Positions 16,191 through 24,092 of a DNA stretch of 32,000 bases are shown here, piece by piece; position 1 is the first letter of the stretch; each line of letters begins with the position of its first letter. The DNA comes from Geobacter metallireducens GS-15 (GTDB lineage: Bacteria > Desulfobacterota > Desulfuromonadia > Geobacterales > Geobacteraceae): contig NC_007517.1 in NCBI RefSeq assembly GCF_000012925.1, positions 1,530,001-1,562,000 on the forward strand. The letters run 5' to 3'. The translations under genes and the position numbers were made by a program. A model generated the notes under the pieces. The model did no database searches, was not told the DNA's origin, and was given only the letters and a program-made list of their open reading frames with translations.

Positions 16191-18068
16191 ATGAACTGTC
16201 GAAAAACAGCATTGTTGAAAACCGGGAGAGTGGCGCGGCTGGTGTTGTGCTCAGCCATGCTCGGAGCAGCGATCCCGACCATGGCACTCGCCATCGGCGG
16301 TGCGAGTGGCGCGCATGTGGACTATCAAGTGCAGGGAAAACTCGGCGAGGTCATCATGAACCCCTATGACATCGCCCCCCTGACCGCCATCATCAAAAAC
16401 GGCGGCTACGTCCTTAAGGACGTCACGGTGCGGATCGTTCCCAAGAAAGATGGGCAGGAAATCAAGTACCAGGTCGCCAACAAGCATCTCCTGACCCACG
16501 GCGGCATCCCGGTCTTCGGCATGTACCCGGACTACGTGAATACGGTCGAGGTCGAATATTCCAGGCTGTACAACGGCAAGTGGGAGCAGGCCAAGGAAAG
16601 CTACACGCTCTATACCCCCCCTGTCTATACAGAGCCGAATGCCACGAAAACACAAAAGGCGGCTCTCTTTTCCGGGGCTGACGTCAAGAAGGTCGACAAG
16701 AAGTTCAGCGACCGGCTCTATTTCGTCAACAACTTCCTGCACAAGGCAGGCAAGGGGACCCGGGCGGTCTGGAACAACCCGACAGGCGGCGCCCTGGAGT
16801 GGAACTACTATCCGCAGAATTTCATCGTCGACACCAAGGGCGAAGTCCGCTGGTACATGAACGCCAACCCCATCTATGACCTGAAGTCGATCTATAACGC
16901 CGGTGTCATGATGGGCTTCAAGCAGAACAACGACGGCGCCATGAGCTGGGGTTTCGGCCAGCGCTACGTCAAGTACGACATCATGGGGAAAGAAGTTTTC
17001 AATCGTGAGCTTCCTGCCGGCTACAACGACTTCTCCCACTCCATGGACAATTCCCCCAACGGTAACTACTTCCTGCGGGTGGGCAGCTCCAACCTCAAGC
17101 GCGCTGACGGCAAGAATGTCCGCACCGTCCGCGACGTGATTATCGAAGTCGACCCCAGCAGCGGCCTCGTTCAGGATGAGTGGCGCCTCTTCGACATCCT
17201 TGACCCCTATCGTGACGTCAATTTTAAGGTGCTGGACCAGGGGGCCGTATGCCTGAACATCGACGCCAGCAAGGCCGGTCATACCATGAGCGCCGAAGAC
17301 CTGGCCAAGCAGGACGCAAATGATAAATTCGGCGACATCGTCGGTGTCGGCCCCGGCCGGAACTGGGCCCACGTGAACAGCGTCGATCATGACGCCGAAG
17401 ACGATTCCATCATCATCAGCTCCCGCCACCAGTCGGCAGTTATCAAGATCGGCCGGGACAAGCAGATCAAGTGGATCATGGGCAGCCCCGAAGGGTGGAA
17501 GAAGGAATACCAGGGCAAACTCCTGACCCCGGTCGACTCCAAGGGGAACAAGATCGAATGCGAGGCCGGAGGCTCCAAGTGTCCCGGTTACGAGAATGAC
17601 GAGGGTGGTTTTGACTGGACCTGGACGCAGCATACCGCGTTTAAGATCGATAGCAAATCCAAAGGCGACATCATTTATGTGAGCGTCTTTGACAACGGCG
17701 ACAGCCGCGGCATGGAGCAGCCGGCCCTGCCGAGCATGAAGTACTCCCGTGCCGTCATCTACAAGATCGACCAGAAGAAGATGACCGTCGAACAGATCTG
17801 GGAGTTCGGCAAAGAGCGCGGCAACGGCTGGTACAGCCCGGTCACCTCGCTGACTGAGTACCAGACAGACAAGGACTCCGTGTTTGTCTATTCGGCAACG
17901 GCTGGTGCTGATTTCGATATCAATACGGGTGCATTCAAGACCGACCCCAATCCTTACATCATGGAGTTCAATTACGGCTCCAAAGAGCCGGCAGTCGAGA
18001 TTCAGCTGAAGGATACGACCGGCTACCAGGCCATGCCGTTCAGCGTGGACAAGGCCTTCACCAAGTAA
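16191..18068 (+). CDS. assT: periplasmic arylsulfate sulfotransferase (ASST family)
   Basis: 625 aa with signal peptide (LCSAMLGAAIPTMALA). ASST-like motifs NWAHVNSVDHD, IIISSRHQSAVIKI, WTWTQHTAFKI. Closely spaced Cys pair CEAGGSKC (17559-17582). AGGAG lies 7 nt upstream. Confidence 0.85.
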   Translation: MNCRKTALLKTGRVARLVLCSAMLGAAIPTMALAIGGASGAHVDYQVQGKLGEVIMNPYDIAPLTAIIKNGGYVLKDVTVRIVPKKDGQEIKYQVANKHLLTHGGIPVFGMYPDYVNTVEVEYSRLYNGKWEQAKESYTLYTPPVYTEPNATKTQKAALFSGADVKKVDKKFSDRLYFVNNFLHKAGKGTRAVWNNPTGGALEWNYYPQNFIVDTKGEVRWYMNANPIYDLKSIYNAGVMMGFKQNNDGAMSWGFGQRYVKYDIMGKEVFNRELPAGYNDFSHSMDNSPNGNYFLRVGSSNLKRADGKNVRTVRDVIIEVDPSSGLVQDEWRLFDILDPYRDVNFKVLDQGAVCLNIDASKAGHTMSAEDLAKQDANDKFGDIVGVGPGRNWAHVNSVDHDAEDDSIIISSRHQSAVIKIGRDKQIKWIMGSPEGWKKEYQGKLLTPVDSKGNKIECEAGGSKCPGYENDEGGFDWTWTQHTAFKIDSKSKGDIIYVSVFDNGDSRGMEQPALPSMKYSRAVIYKIDQKKMTVEQIWEFGKERGNGWYSPVTSLTEYQTDKDSVFVYSATAGADFDINTGAFKTDPNPYIMEFNYGSKEPAVEIQLKDTTGYQAMPFSVDKAFTK

Positions 18069-18083
18069 CCATCCTGCACAAAA

Positions 18084-18115
18084 CCTCAGGCTGGAGGCTC
18101 TCCTTCAGCCTGAGG
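18084..18115 (+). terminator. strong hairpin without U-tract between assT and the thioredoxin gene (attenuator or processing site)
   Basis: CCTCAGGCTG (18084-18093) pairs perfectly with CAGCCTGAGG (18106-18115). Inner pairs G.U, A-T, G-C, G-C close a CTCT tetraloop. No T-run follows. Confidence 0.4.
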
Positions 18116-18164
18116 CACCGTACGATTCCACCGCACCGTAAACCGCATCAGAGAGGTTGTCTCC

Positions 18165-18671
18165 ATGAACCAATTGCTCCGCTACATCTGCGCCTGCCTG
18201 TTCACCCTGACGGTTCTCGCCGTGGCGGCGCCGGGCAAAGCCGAGAGTGATGCACCCCTCGTCCGAACCGGGGCGCTGGCCCCGAACTTCAAGCTGCCCA
18301 CCCTCTCGGGTGAGAACAAAAGTCTCGCCCAGTATCGCGGCAAGATCGTCCTCGTGAACTTCTGGGCTTCCTGGTGCCCCTACTGCCGCGACGAGATGCC
18401 TTCCATGGACCGGCTGGTCAAATCCTTCCCCAAGGGGGACCTGGTGGTACTGGCGGTCAACGTCGAAAAAAGATTTCCCGAAAAGTACCGCCGGGCCCCC
18501 GTATCGTTCAACTTTCTGAGCGACGCCACCGGCCAGGTGCAGCAGCGCTATGGCGCCAACCGCCTCCCGGACACGTTCATTGTCGACCGCAAGGGGATTA
18601 TCCGGCAGCGGGTGACCGGCGGCATCGAGTGGGACGCCCCCAAGGTCGTCAGCTACCTGAAATCACTGTAG
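18165..18671 (+). CDS. TlpA/ResA-like periplasmic thioredoxin (redoxin family)
   Basis: 168 aa. Signal/anchor CLFTLTVLAVAAPGKA. GKIVLVNFWASWCPYCRDEMP with WCPYC at 18375-18386. LPDTFIVDRKGIIR. Confidence 0.85.
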   Translation: MNQLLRYICACLFTLTVLAVAAPGKAESDAPLVRTGALAPNFKLPTLSGENKSLAQYRGKIVLVNFWASWCPYCRDEMPSMDRLVKSFPKGDLVVLAVNVEKRFPEKYRRAPVSFNFLSDATGQVQQRYGANRLPDTFIVDRKGIIRQRVTGGIEWDAPKVVSYLKSL

Positions 18672-18684
18672 CGGAGATACCATC

Positions 18685-19434
18685 ATGGACTTTGGTTCCG
18701 ATATCACCGTCTGGATCGCATTCTCCGCAGGATTCCTTTCCTTTTTCTCACCCTGCGTTCTGCCGCTTATCCCTTCCTATATGACCTATATCACCGGGCT
18801 CTCCTTCGGCCAGTTGCAGGAGGCACATCCGGGCGCGAAGGTGCGTCTGGTCGTTCTGGCCCACTCCGTGGTCTTCGTCCTCGGATTCTCCGTGGTCTTC
18901 GTCGCGATGGGAGCCCTTGCCGGAGCAGCCTCCTCCACCTTCCAGACCGTCATGAAGGACGGCCTGGTCTGGCTGCAGCGTGCTGGCGGCTTGCTCATCT
19001 TCATGTTCGGCGTCCACATGTCAGGGCTGTTTCACTTCGGCCTCCTGCTCGGGGACAAACGGGTCCAGATCCAGAATAAGCCGGGCGGACTGGCAGGGAC
19101 GTTCCTCGTGGGGATCGCCTTTGCCGCCGGTTGGACCCCCTGCATCGGTCCCATACTCGGGGCGATCCTTGCCATGGCGGCCGGCACGTCTGGATCAACC
19201 GCAACCAGCATGCTGCTGCTCGGAAGCTATGCTGCGGGGTTGGGAATACCGTTCGTCATCTCGGGTTTGCTGTTCCACGGTTTTCTCGATATTTTCAAGC
19301 GCTTCAAGTCGCACATCCGGAAGATGGAGTTCTTTACAGGGTTATTGCTGATGTCAGTAGGCATCCTTCTCTTCTTCGGTCTCTTCAACAACTTGACCAC
19401 CTTGCTTTACCAGTGGCTCCCGATGGGGGCCTGA
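18685..19434 (+). CDS. ccdA: CcdA / DsbD-transmembrane-domain thiol:disulfide electron transporter
   Basis: 249 aa, six TM segments. Both conserved Cys motifs are present: FSPCVLPLIPSY and GWTPCIGPILG. Starts 13 nt after the thioredoxin gene. Confidence 0.9.
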   Translation: MDFGSDITVWIAFSAGFLSFFSPCVLPLIPSYMTYITGLSFGQLQEAHPGAKVRLVVLAHSVVFVLGFSVVFVAMGALAGAASSTFQTVMKDGLVWLQRAGGLLIFMFGVHMSGLFHFGLLLGDKRVQIQNKPGGLAGTFLVGIAFAAGWTPCIGPILGAILAMAAGTSGSTATSMLLLGSYAAGLGIPFVISGLLFHGFLDIFKRFKSHIRKMEFFTGLLLMSVGILLFFGLFNNLTTLLYQWLPMGA

Positions 19435-19547
19435 ATCAACCTGCAGTGGAGTGTATCAATGCCTTTCTGGCCAGGTTGAAGCAACATCCAACAGCAAACG
19501 ACAGGATCGCCATCCTCTGCACGCACCCCAGATCAAAGGAGTACGTC

Positions 19548-20462
19548 ATGAAATTCAGCAAGCGTATCATCCCGCTTTCCCTCGCGGCACTTTGTACCTG
19601 CGCCGGCCTTTCCTGGGGTGCTGATGCCCCTGCCGCCCCCAAGCCCTTCGGGCCGGCTATCTCCGCCTTCGGTCCTGCGGGAACAGGTTTCCCGGTGGGG
19701 AAGCTTGGAGTCCTTCTCAATTATCAGTATTGTGAAACCGACGGTATCCGCAAGGGCAGCAGTGAAATTAACGAAAATGTCAAGCTTACTAAGAATGTCG
19801 GGGTGGTGAAATTCCGCTATGGCATCACGGAAGGTCTTGACGTCCGCACGGCGACCCCCCTCTATACCGTTTACAAAAAAAATAAGCTTACCGGCACAGG
19901 GGAGCATCTGGGGTGGATCGGTGATACCGCCATTGCCCTGCACAAGGTGCTCATGAACCAGTCAAAGGGTTCGATGTTTGATCTGGCGGTAGACGTCGGC
20001 CTGGTCGTGCCGACAACTGATGTCAGCAGCAAAAGCATAGACTTCGTCGGCAACGGTGCCTGGGGCACCGGCGGCGCCGTCGGCCTTACCTACTCGACAG
20101 GTTCACACCGTCTCGACCAGGAGATTCATGTGTACACCTTTACCGAAGGGGCTCACGATTACAGGAAGCCTATGTACGTCCGGAGCACTACCGCCTGGGG
20201 CTACGCCGTGAACAACTATTTCGACATGGGAGCCGAGTCACAGTTCGACTGGAATGACGCTAGCGAGAAGAACGGCAAGAGCCAGAACGATACCAAGAAC
20301 GAGTGGTACGCCGGGCCGAAGGTGGCGTTCAAGTACAAGCCTGCTGGATTCGCGGCGGGCTTGGCGGCCATGTTCCCCATGGTTCGCTGGTACGAGGCCA
20401 ACACTCCCTCTGAGGGGTTCCGGATTGAGTTGAAACTGAGCAAGACGTTTGACTTGATGTGA
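19548..20462 (+). CDS. putative outer-membrane beta-barrel channel (possibly Phenol_MetA_deg-type)
   Basis: 304 aa from ATG 19548 (AAAGGAG 6 nt upstream). Signal peptide ALCTCAGLSWG/ADAP. Alternating amphipathic beta-strand pattern rich in Y/G/T/N (VLLNYQYCE, VVKFRYGIT, AVGLTYSTG, WGYAVNNYF, KVAFKYKP). The family assignment is from memory. Confidence 0.6.
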   Translation: MKFSKRIIPLSLAALCTCAGLSWGADAPAAPKPFGPAISAFGPAGTGFPVGKLGVLLNYQYCETDGIRKGSSEINENVKLTKNVGVVKFRYGITEGLDVRTATPLYTVYKKNKLTGTGEHLGWIGDTAIALHKVLMNQSKGSMFDLAVDVGLVVPTTDVSSKSIDFVGNGAWGTGGAVGLTYSTGSHRLDQEIHVYTFTEGAHDYRKPMYVRSTTAWGYAVNNYFDMGAESQFDWNDASEKNGKSQNDTKNEWYAGPKVAFKYKPAGFAAGLAAMFPMVRWYEANTPSEGFRIELKLSKTFDLM

Positions 20463-20628
20463 GAACATGGTGGGCCGCTCCACCAACTCCGATTCCAGTA
20501 GGCTGAGCAGATGCCGTAACGCGACGACCGGATCAGCCTGCCGAATCCTGCCGATTCCCGTTGCTCTTCTTAAAAGGTCTGCAACAAGATCCTGCCCGCC
20601 ACCGGACAGTAGTGAGTGCATATACGCA

Positions 20629-20657
20629 TTGACTCCTGTGGCGCCCCTGTGCATAGT
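20629..20657 (+). promoter_or_regulatory. possible sigma70 promoter for rnr
   Basis: TTGACT (20629-20634), 17-nt spacer, CATAGT (20652-20657). About 36 nt upstream of the rnr ATG. Confidence 0.3.
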
Positions 20658-20692
20658 AGCCCCGTGCAACGGGTAACGGGAGAGGATTGATT

Positions 20693-22972
20693 ATGAAACG
20701 GAATCGGGAAACGGTGCAGGCGGTGATCCGCGAGCGGGGCGGTTCTGCCCCTTTCCGGGAGCTGATGCTGGCTTTCGGGGTGACCAAGGGGGAGCGGCAG
20801 AGTTTCAAGGGGTTCGTGGACAAACTCGTCACTGACGGCCATCTCGTGCGACTCAGGGGAAACCGCTATGCCCTGGCCGATGGGGAGAATCTCGTGACCG
20901 GGCGGCTCACGTGCCACCCGGACGGCTACGGTTTCGTCATTCCCGAAGGGGGAGGGGACGACGTCTATATCCCGGCCCGGGCCCTTGCCGGGAGCATGCA
21001 CGGTGACACGGTGGAGGTGCGGGTCGAGACCTTCAAGGCCGGCGGCAAGAAGGAGGGGCGGATCGTGCGGACCGTGACGCGGGGGCAAACCCGTGTCGTG
21101 GGGCGGTTCGAGCAACTCAAGGGATTCGGGGTCGTGGTTCCCGATGAAACCCGCATCAGCCAGCAGATTGTCATCTCTCAGCAGGGAATCGGTCGGGCCA
21201 AGGGGGGACAGACGGTCGTGGCCGAGATCACCGCCTACCCCACGGAGAAGCGCAGGCCCGAGGGGCGCATCGTGGAGGTGCTGGGGTGGCCCGACGACCC
21301 TGAAGTGGAAGTCCGGACCATTATCGCCAAGCACGGGCTCCCCTTCGAGTTCCCCGCCGAGGTGCTGGACGAGGCCCGGGCCGTTCCTCAGGCCATCGGG
21401 GAGAAGGATCTGCAGGGGCGTACCGATCTGCGGGAGATCGTGACCGTCACCATCGACGGCGAGACGGCCCGGGACTTCGACGATGCCGTGGCGGTCCGGA
21501 AGGAGCGGGGGGGGAACATCCGCCTCTGGGTCTCCATCGCCGATGTCTCCCATTACGTGAAGCCCGACGCGCCCCTGGACCGGGAGGCGTACCTGCGGGG
21601 GACCTCGGTCTACTTTCCCGACCGCTGTATCCCCATGCTCCCCGAGGAGCTTTCCAACGGCATCTGCTCCCTGAACCCCCGGGTGGAGCGGCTCACCATG
21701 ACGGCGGAGATGCTCTTCACCCGCAGCGGCACCATGAAAGAGGCCACTTTCTACCCGAGCGTAATCAAAAGCGACGCCCGGCTCACCTACACCATTGTAA
21801 AAAAGATTCTCGTGGACGGCGATGCCGAGGCCATGGCGGCTCACCAGGAGCTGGTCCCTCACCTGGAAGTCATGCGGGAGTTGGCCCAGAGCCTCACGGA
21901 GAAGCGGCGTAAGCGGGGGAGCATCGACTTTGATCTCCCCGAGCCCCAGATTATCCTCGATCTCCAGGGGGAGACCGTCGACATCATCCAGGCCGAGCGG
22001 AACCTGGCCCACCGGATCATCGAGGAGTTCATGCTGGCCGCCAACGAGGCGGTTGCATCCCACATCGAGGCAAAGGGAATCCCCTCCCTCTACCGGGTCC
22101 ACGAGCCCCCTGACCCGGCAAAGCTCATCGACTTCCAGGAGTTTATCTTCAATTTCGGCTTCCACTTCCGGATGGAGGGGGACCGGGTGGAGCCGGCGGA
22201 GATCCAGCGGCTTCTGGTGGAGACCGAGGGGACGCCGGAGGAGCGGATGATCAACCAGGTGCTCCTGCGGTGCATGAAGCAGGCCCGCTACAGTCACGAG
22301 AACCTGGGGCATTTCGGGCTTGCGGCCCGCTGTTACACCCACTTCACGTCCCCCATCCGCCGCTACCCTGACCTGGTCGTCCACCGCATCCTCAAGGCGC
22401 TCCTGGCCGGGAAGATTACCGACAAGGAGATCGCACGGCTGGAGACAACCCTCCCCGAAACGGCGGAGCAGACCAGCCGGCGGGAGCGGGTCGCCATGGA
22501 GGCGGAGCGGGAGATCGTGGCCCTCAAAAAGGCCCAGTTCATGCTCCAGAAGATCGGGGAGGACTTCGACGGCTACATCACCGGGGTCACGTCCTTCGGC
22601 CTTTTTGTGGAGCTGACGGAGATATTCGTGGAGGGGATGGTCCACATCTCCACCATGGGTGACGACTACTACCGCTATGTGGAGAAACAGCATTCCCTGG
22701 TGGGTGAGCGGACGAAGGAGACCTACCGGATCGGCGACAAGGTGCGGGTGACCGTGGCGGCGGTGAGCATCGAGAAGAAGCAGGTCGAGTTCGTGCTGGC
22801 CGGGCTTCATGAGCGGCGGCCCGGTGCCTCGTCGCCGCCGGGGTCGGAGGAGTACCCGCGGATTGCCGTCACGGGGAAGCGCCCCCGGGTTCTTGAAGAG
22901 CGACGACGCCAGTCGAAGGGAGATAAGAAGGGAAGCGGCAAGGGGAAGGGGCCACGCGGGAGGCGCCGGTAA
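20693..22972 (+). CDS. rnr: ribonuclease R (3'-5' exoribonuclease)
   Basis: Cold-shock-type N-terminus (CHPDGYGFVIPEGG), RNB motif TIDGETARDFDDAVAV, S1 domain GYITGVTSFGLFVEL, Lys/Arg-rich tail. ATG 20693 lies 6 nt after GGGAGAGGA; the track start (TTG 20687) is 2 codons longer. Confidence 0.95.
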   Translation: MKRNRETVQAVIRERGGSAPFRELMLAFGVTKGERQSFKGFVDKLVTDGHLVRLRGNRYALADGENLVTGRLTCHPDGYGFVIPEGGGDDVYIPARALAGSMHGDTVEVRVETFKAGGKKEGRIVRTVTRGQTRVVGRFEQLKGFGVVVPDETRISQQIVISQQGIGRAKGGQTVVAEITAYPTEKRRPEGRIVEVLGWPDDPEVEVRTIIAKHGLPFEFPAEVLDEARAVPQAIGEKDLQGRTDLREIVTVTIDGETARDFDDAVAVRKERGGNIRLWVSIADVSHYVKPDAPLDREAYLRGTSVYFPDRCIPMLPEELSNGICSLNPRVERLTMTAEMLFTRSGTMKEATFYPSVIKSDARLTYTIVKKILVDGDAEAMAAHQELVPHLEVMRELAQSLTEKRRKRGSIDFDLPEPQIILDLQGETVDIIQAERNLAHRIIEEFMLAANEAVASHIEAKGIPSLYRVHEPPDPAKLIDFQEFIFNFGFHFRMEGDRVEPAEIQRLLVETEGTPEERMINQVLLRCMKQARYSHENLGHFGLAARCYTHFTSPIRRYPDLVVHRILKALLAGKITDKEIARLETTLPETAEQTSRRERVAMEAEREIVALKKAQFMLQKIGEDFDGYITGVTSFGLFVELTEIFVEGMVHISTMGDDYYRYVEKQHSLVGERTKETYRIGDKVRVTVAAVSIEKKQVEFVLAGLHERRPGASSPPGSEEYPRIAVTGKRPRVLEERRRQSKGDKKGSGKGKGPRGRRR

Positions 22973-23148
22973 ACCCGGATATTCCATCAGACGGTGCGAA
23001 GCGCCTGCACGAGCCCTGCCGGACGCTTTCCGGCATCTTGCCGCCCGTTATCCTCACCAATAGCCCTGCTATTGCCTCGTCAAACGGACGCCAATCCGTT
23101 CGGAAATCGCCTCGGCAGCATCTCGTGCCCTGATGAAAAATCCGGGTT
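22972..23148 (+). other. highly structured element directly after the rnr stop (3' UTR structure or ncRNA candidate)
   Basis: Three nested collinear helices: 22972-22980/23140-23148 (9 bp), 22985-22990/23130-23135 (6 bp), 23007-23013/23122-23128 (7 bp). Local hairpins at 22993-23005, 23018-23034 and 23083-23100. Confidence 0.35.
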
Positions 23149-23225
23149 AAAGAGTGTTGCGCCCTTTCGCAGTGCTGTGCTAGTCTTGACCGGATTTACT
23201 TTCGTTTCAAAGGGATAGAACTTTA

Positions 23226-24086
23226 ATGAGCGAAGAGAACGGGAAAGTCCTGCCCTTTCTGGAGCATCTGGCCGAGCTCCGCAAGCGGCTCATCATCATA
23301 ATCGTCACGGTCGTCATCGGCATGGGCCTCGCCTGGAACCTATCCGGCGACGTCCTCCACTTCGTCACCAAGCCGATCACCGGCAAGACGTACCTGACCG
23401 ACATCAAGAAGCAGGTCTACCAGGAGGTGGGGAAGCGGTGGCCCGCCGCCTACCAGCAGTTCGATCTGGGCAAAGAGGTGGCTGCCGCCCCCAAGGAACG
23501 CAAGCTCAACTACAGCGCTCCCCTGGAGCCTTTTTTCGTCCAGTGCAAAATCTCGATCATCGCCGGTTTCATCCTGGCGCTTCCCATCGTCTTCTACCAG
23601 CTCTGGCTCTTCATCGCGCCGGGGCTCACCCGCAAGGAGAAGCGGCTGGTGGTTCCCTTCGTGACGGTGAGCTCCATCAGCTTTTGTGTCGGAGCGCTCT
23701 TTTTCCTGGTGATCATCTGGCCGGTCATCATCAACTTCTCCCTCTCCTACGAGGCTGAGGGGCTCAACAGCCTTTTCAACATGAGCGCCTACGTCAACTT
23801 CTGTCTCCGGTTGATTTTGCTGTTCGGCCTCATTTTCGACCTCCCTGTCCTGTTGCTCCTGCTGTCCCGCTTCGGGGTCGTGACCTATTCCTTCCTGGCC
23901 CGCAACCGGCGCTACGCGCTCCTGGCCAGTTCCATTGTCGCCGCATTCCATGCGGACCTCATCACCATGTTTGTCATCATGGTCCCCCTCTACGGGATGT
24001 ACGAGATCGGCGTCTGGCTCGTGTTCCTTTTCGGCAAGAGAAAGCCCGCCCCGGCAGAAGCCGAGGCCGGCGGGGAGGGGGAGTAA
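23226..24086 (+). CDS. tatC: twin-arginine translocase subunit TatC
   Basis: 286 aa, six TM segments. TatC N-terminal signature LPFLEHLAELRKRLI, then FFVQCKISIIAGFILALPIVFYQLWLFIAPGL. Confidence 0.95.
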   Translation: MSEENGKVLPFLEHLAELRKRLIIIIVTVVIGMGLAWNLSGDVLHFVTKPITGKTYLTDIKKQVYQEVGKRWPAAYQQFDLGKEVAAAPKERKLNYSAPLEPFFVQCKISIIAGFILALPIVFYQLWLFIAPGLTRKEKRLVVPFVTVSSISFCVGALFFLVIIWPVIINFSLSYEAEGLNSLFNMSAYVNFCLRLILLFGLIFDLPVLLLLLSRFGVVTYSFLARNRRYALLASSIVAAFHADLITMFVIMVPLYGMYEIGVWLVFLFGKRKPAPAEAEAGGEGE

Positions 24087-24092
24087 CGCGCC

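Noticed and set aside
16251-17633. 460-aa minus-strand ORF
   Set aside because: Antisense to the ASST gene. The translation is D/V/G/H/A-rich with no motifs, and the + strand frame has a signal peptide, RBS and family motifs.
19131-19547. Long 5' extension of the barrel gene ORF overlapping ccdA
   Set aside because: It would overlap ccdA by about 300 nt in another frame. The internal ATG 19548 has AAAGGAG upstream and yields a proper signal peptide.
20537-20556. Tandem decamer CCTGCCGAAT / CCTGCCGATT downstream of the barrel gene
   Set aside because: Only two imperfect copies. No further copies or associated structure were seen, so it is too little to interpret.
20570-22987. 805-aa minus-strand ORF
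   Set aside because: Exactly antisense to rnr, whose product has clear CSD/RNB/S1 motifs. The antisense translation is low-complexity (G/P/R/H/L/D) with no recognisable domain.
22972-23148. 6S RNA (size about 180 nt with a closing stem)
   Set aside because: The fold I can draw is multi-branched rather than one long irregular hairpin with a central bubble. There is no promoter between the rnr stop and the element. Kept only as a generic structured element.
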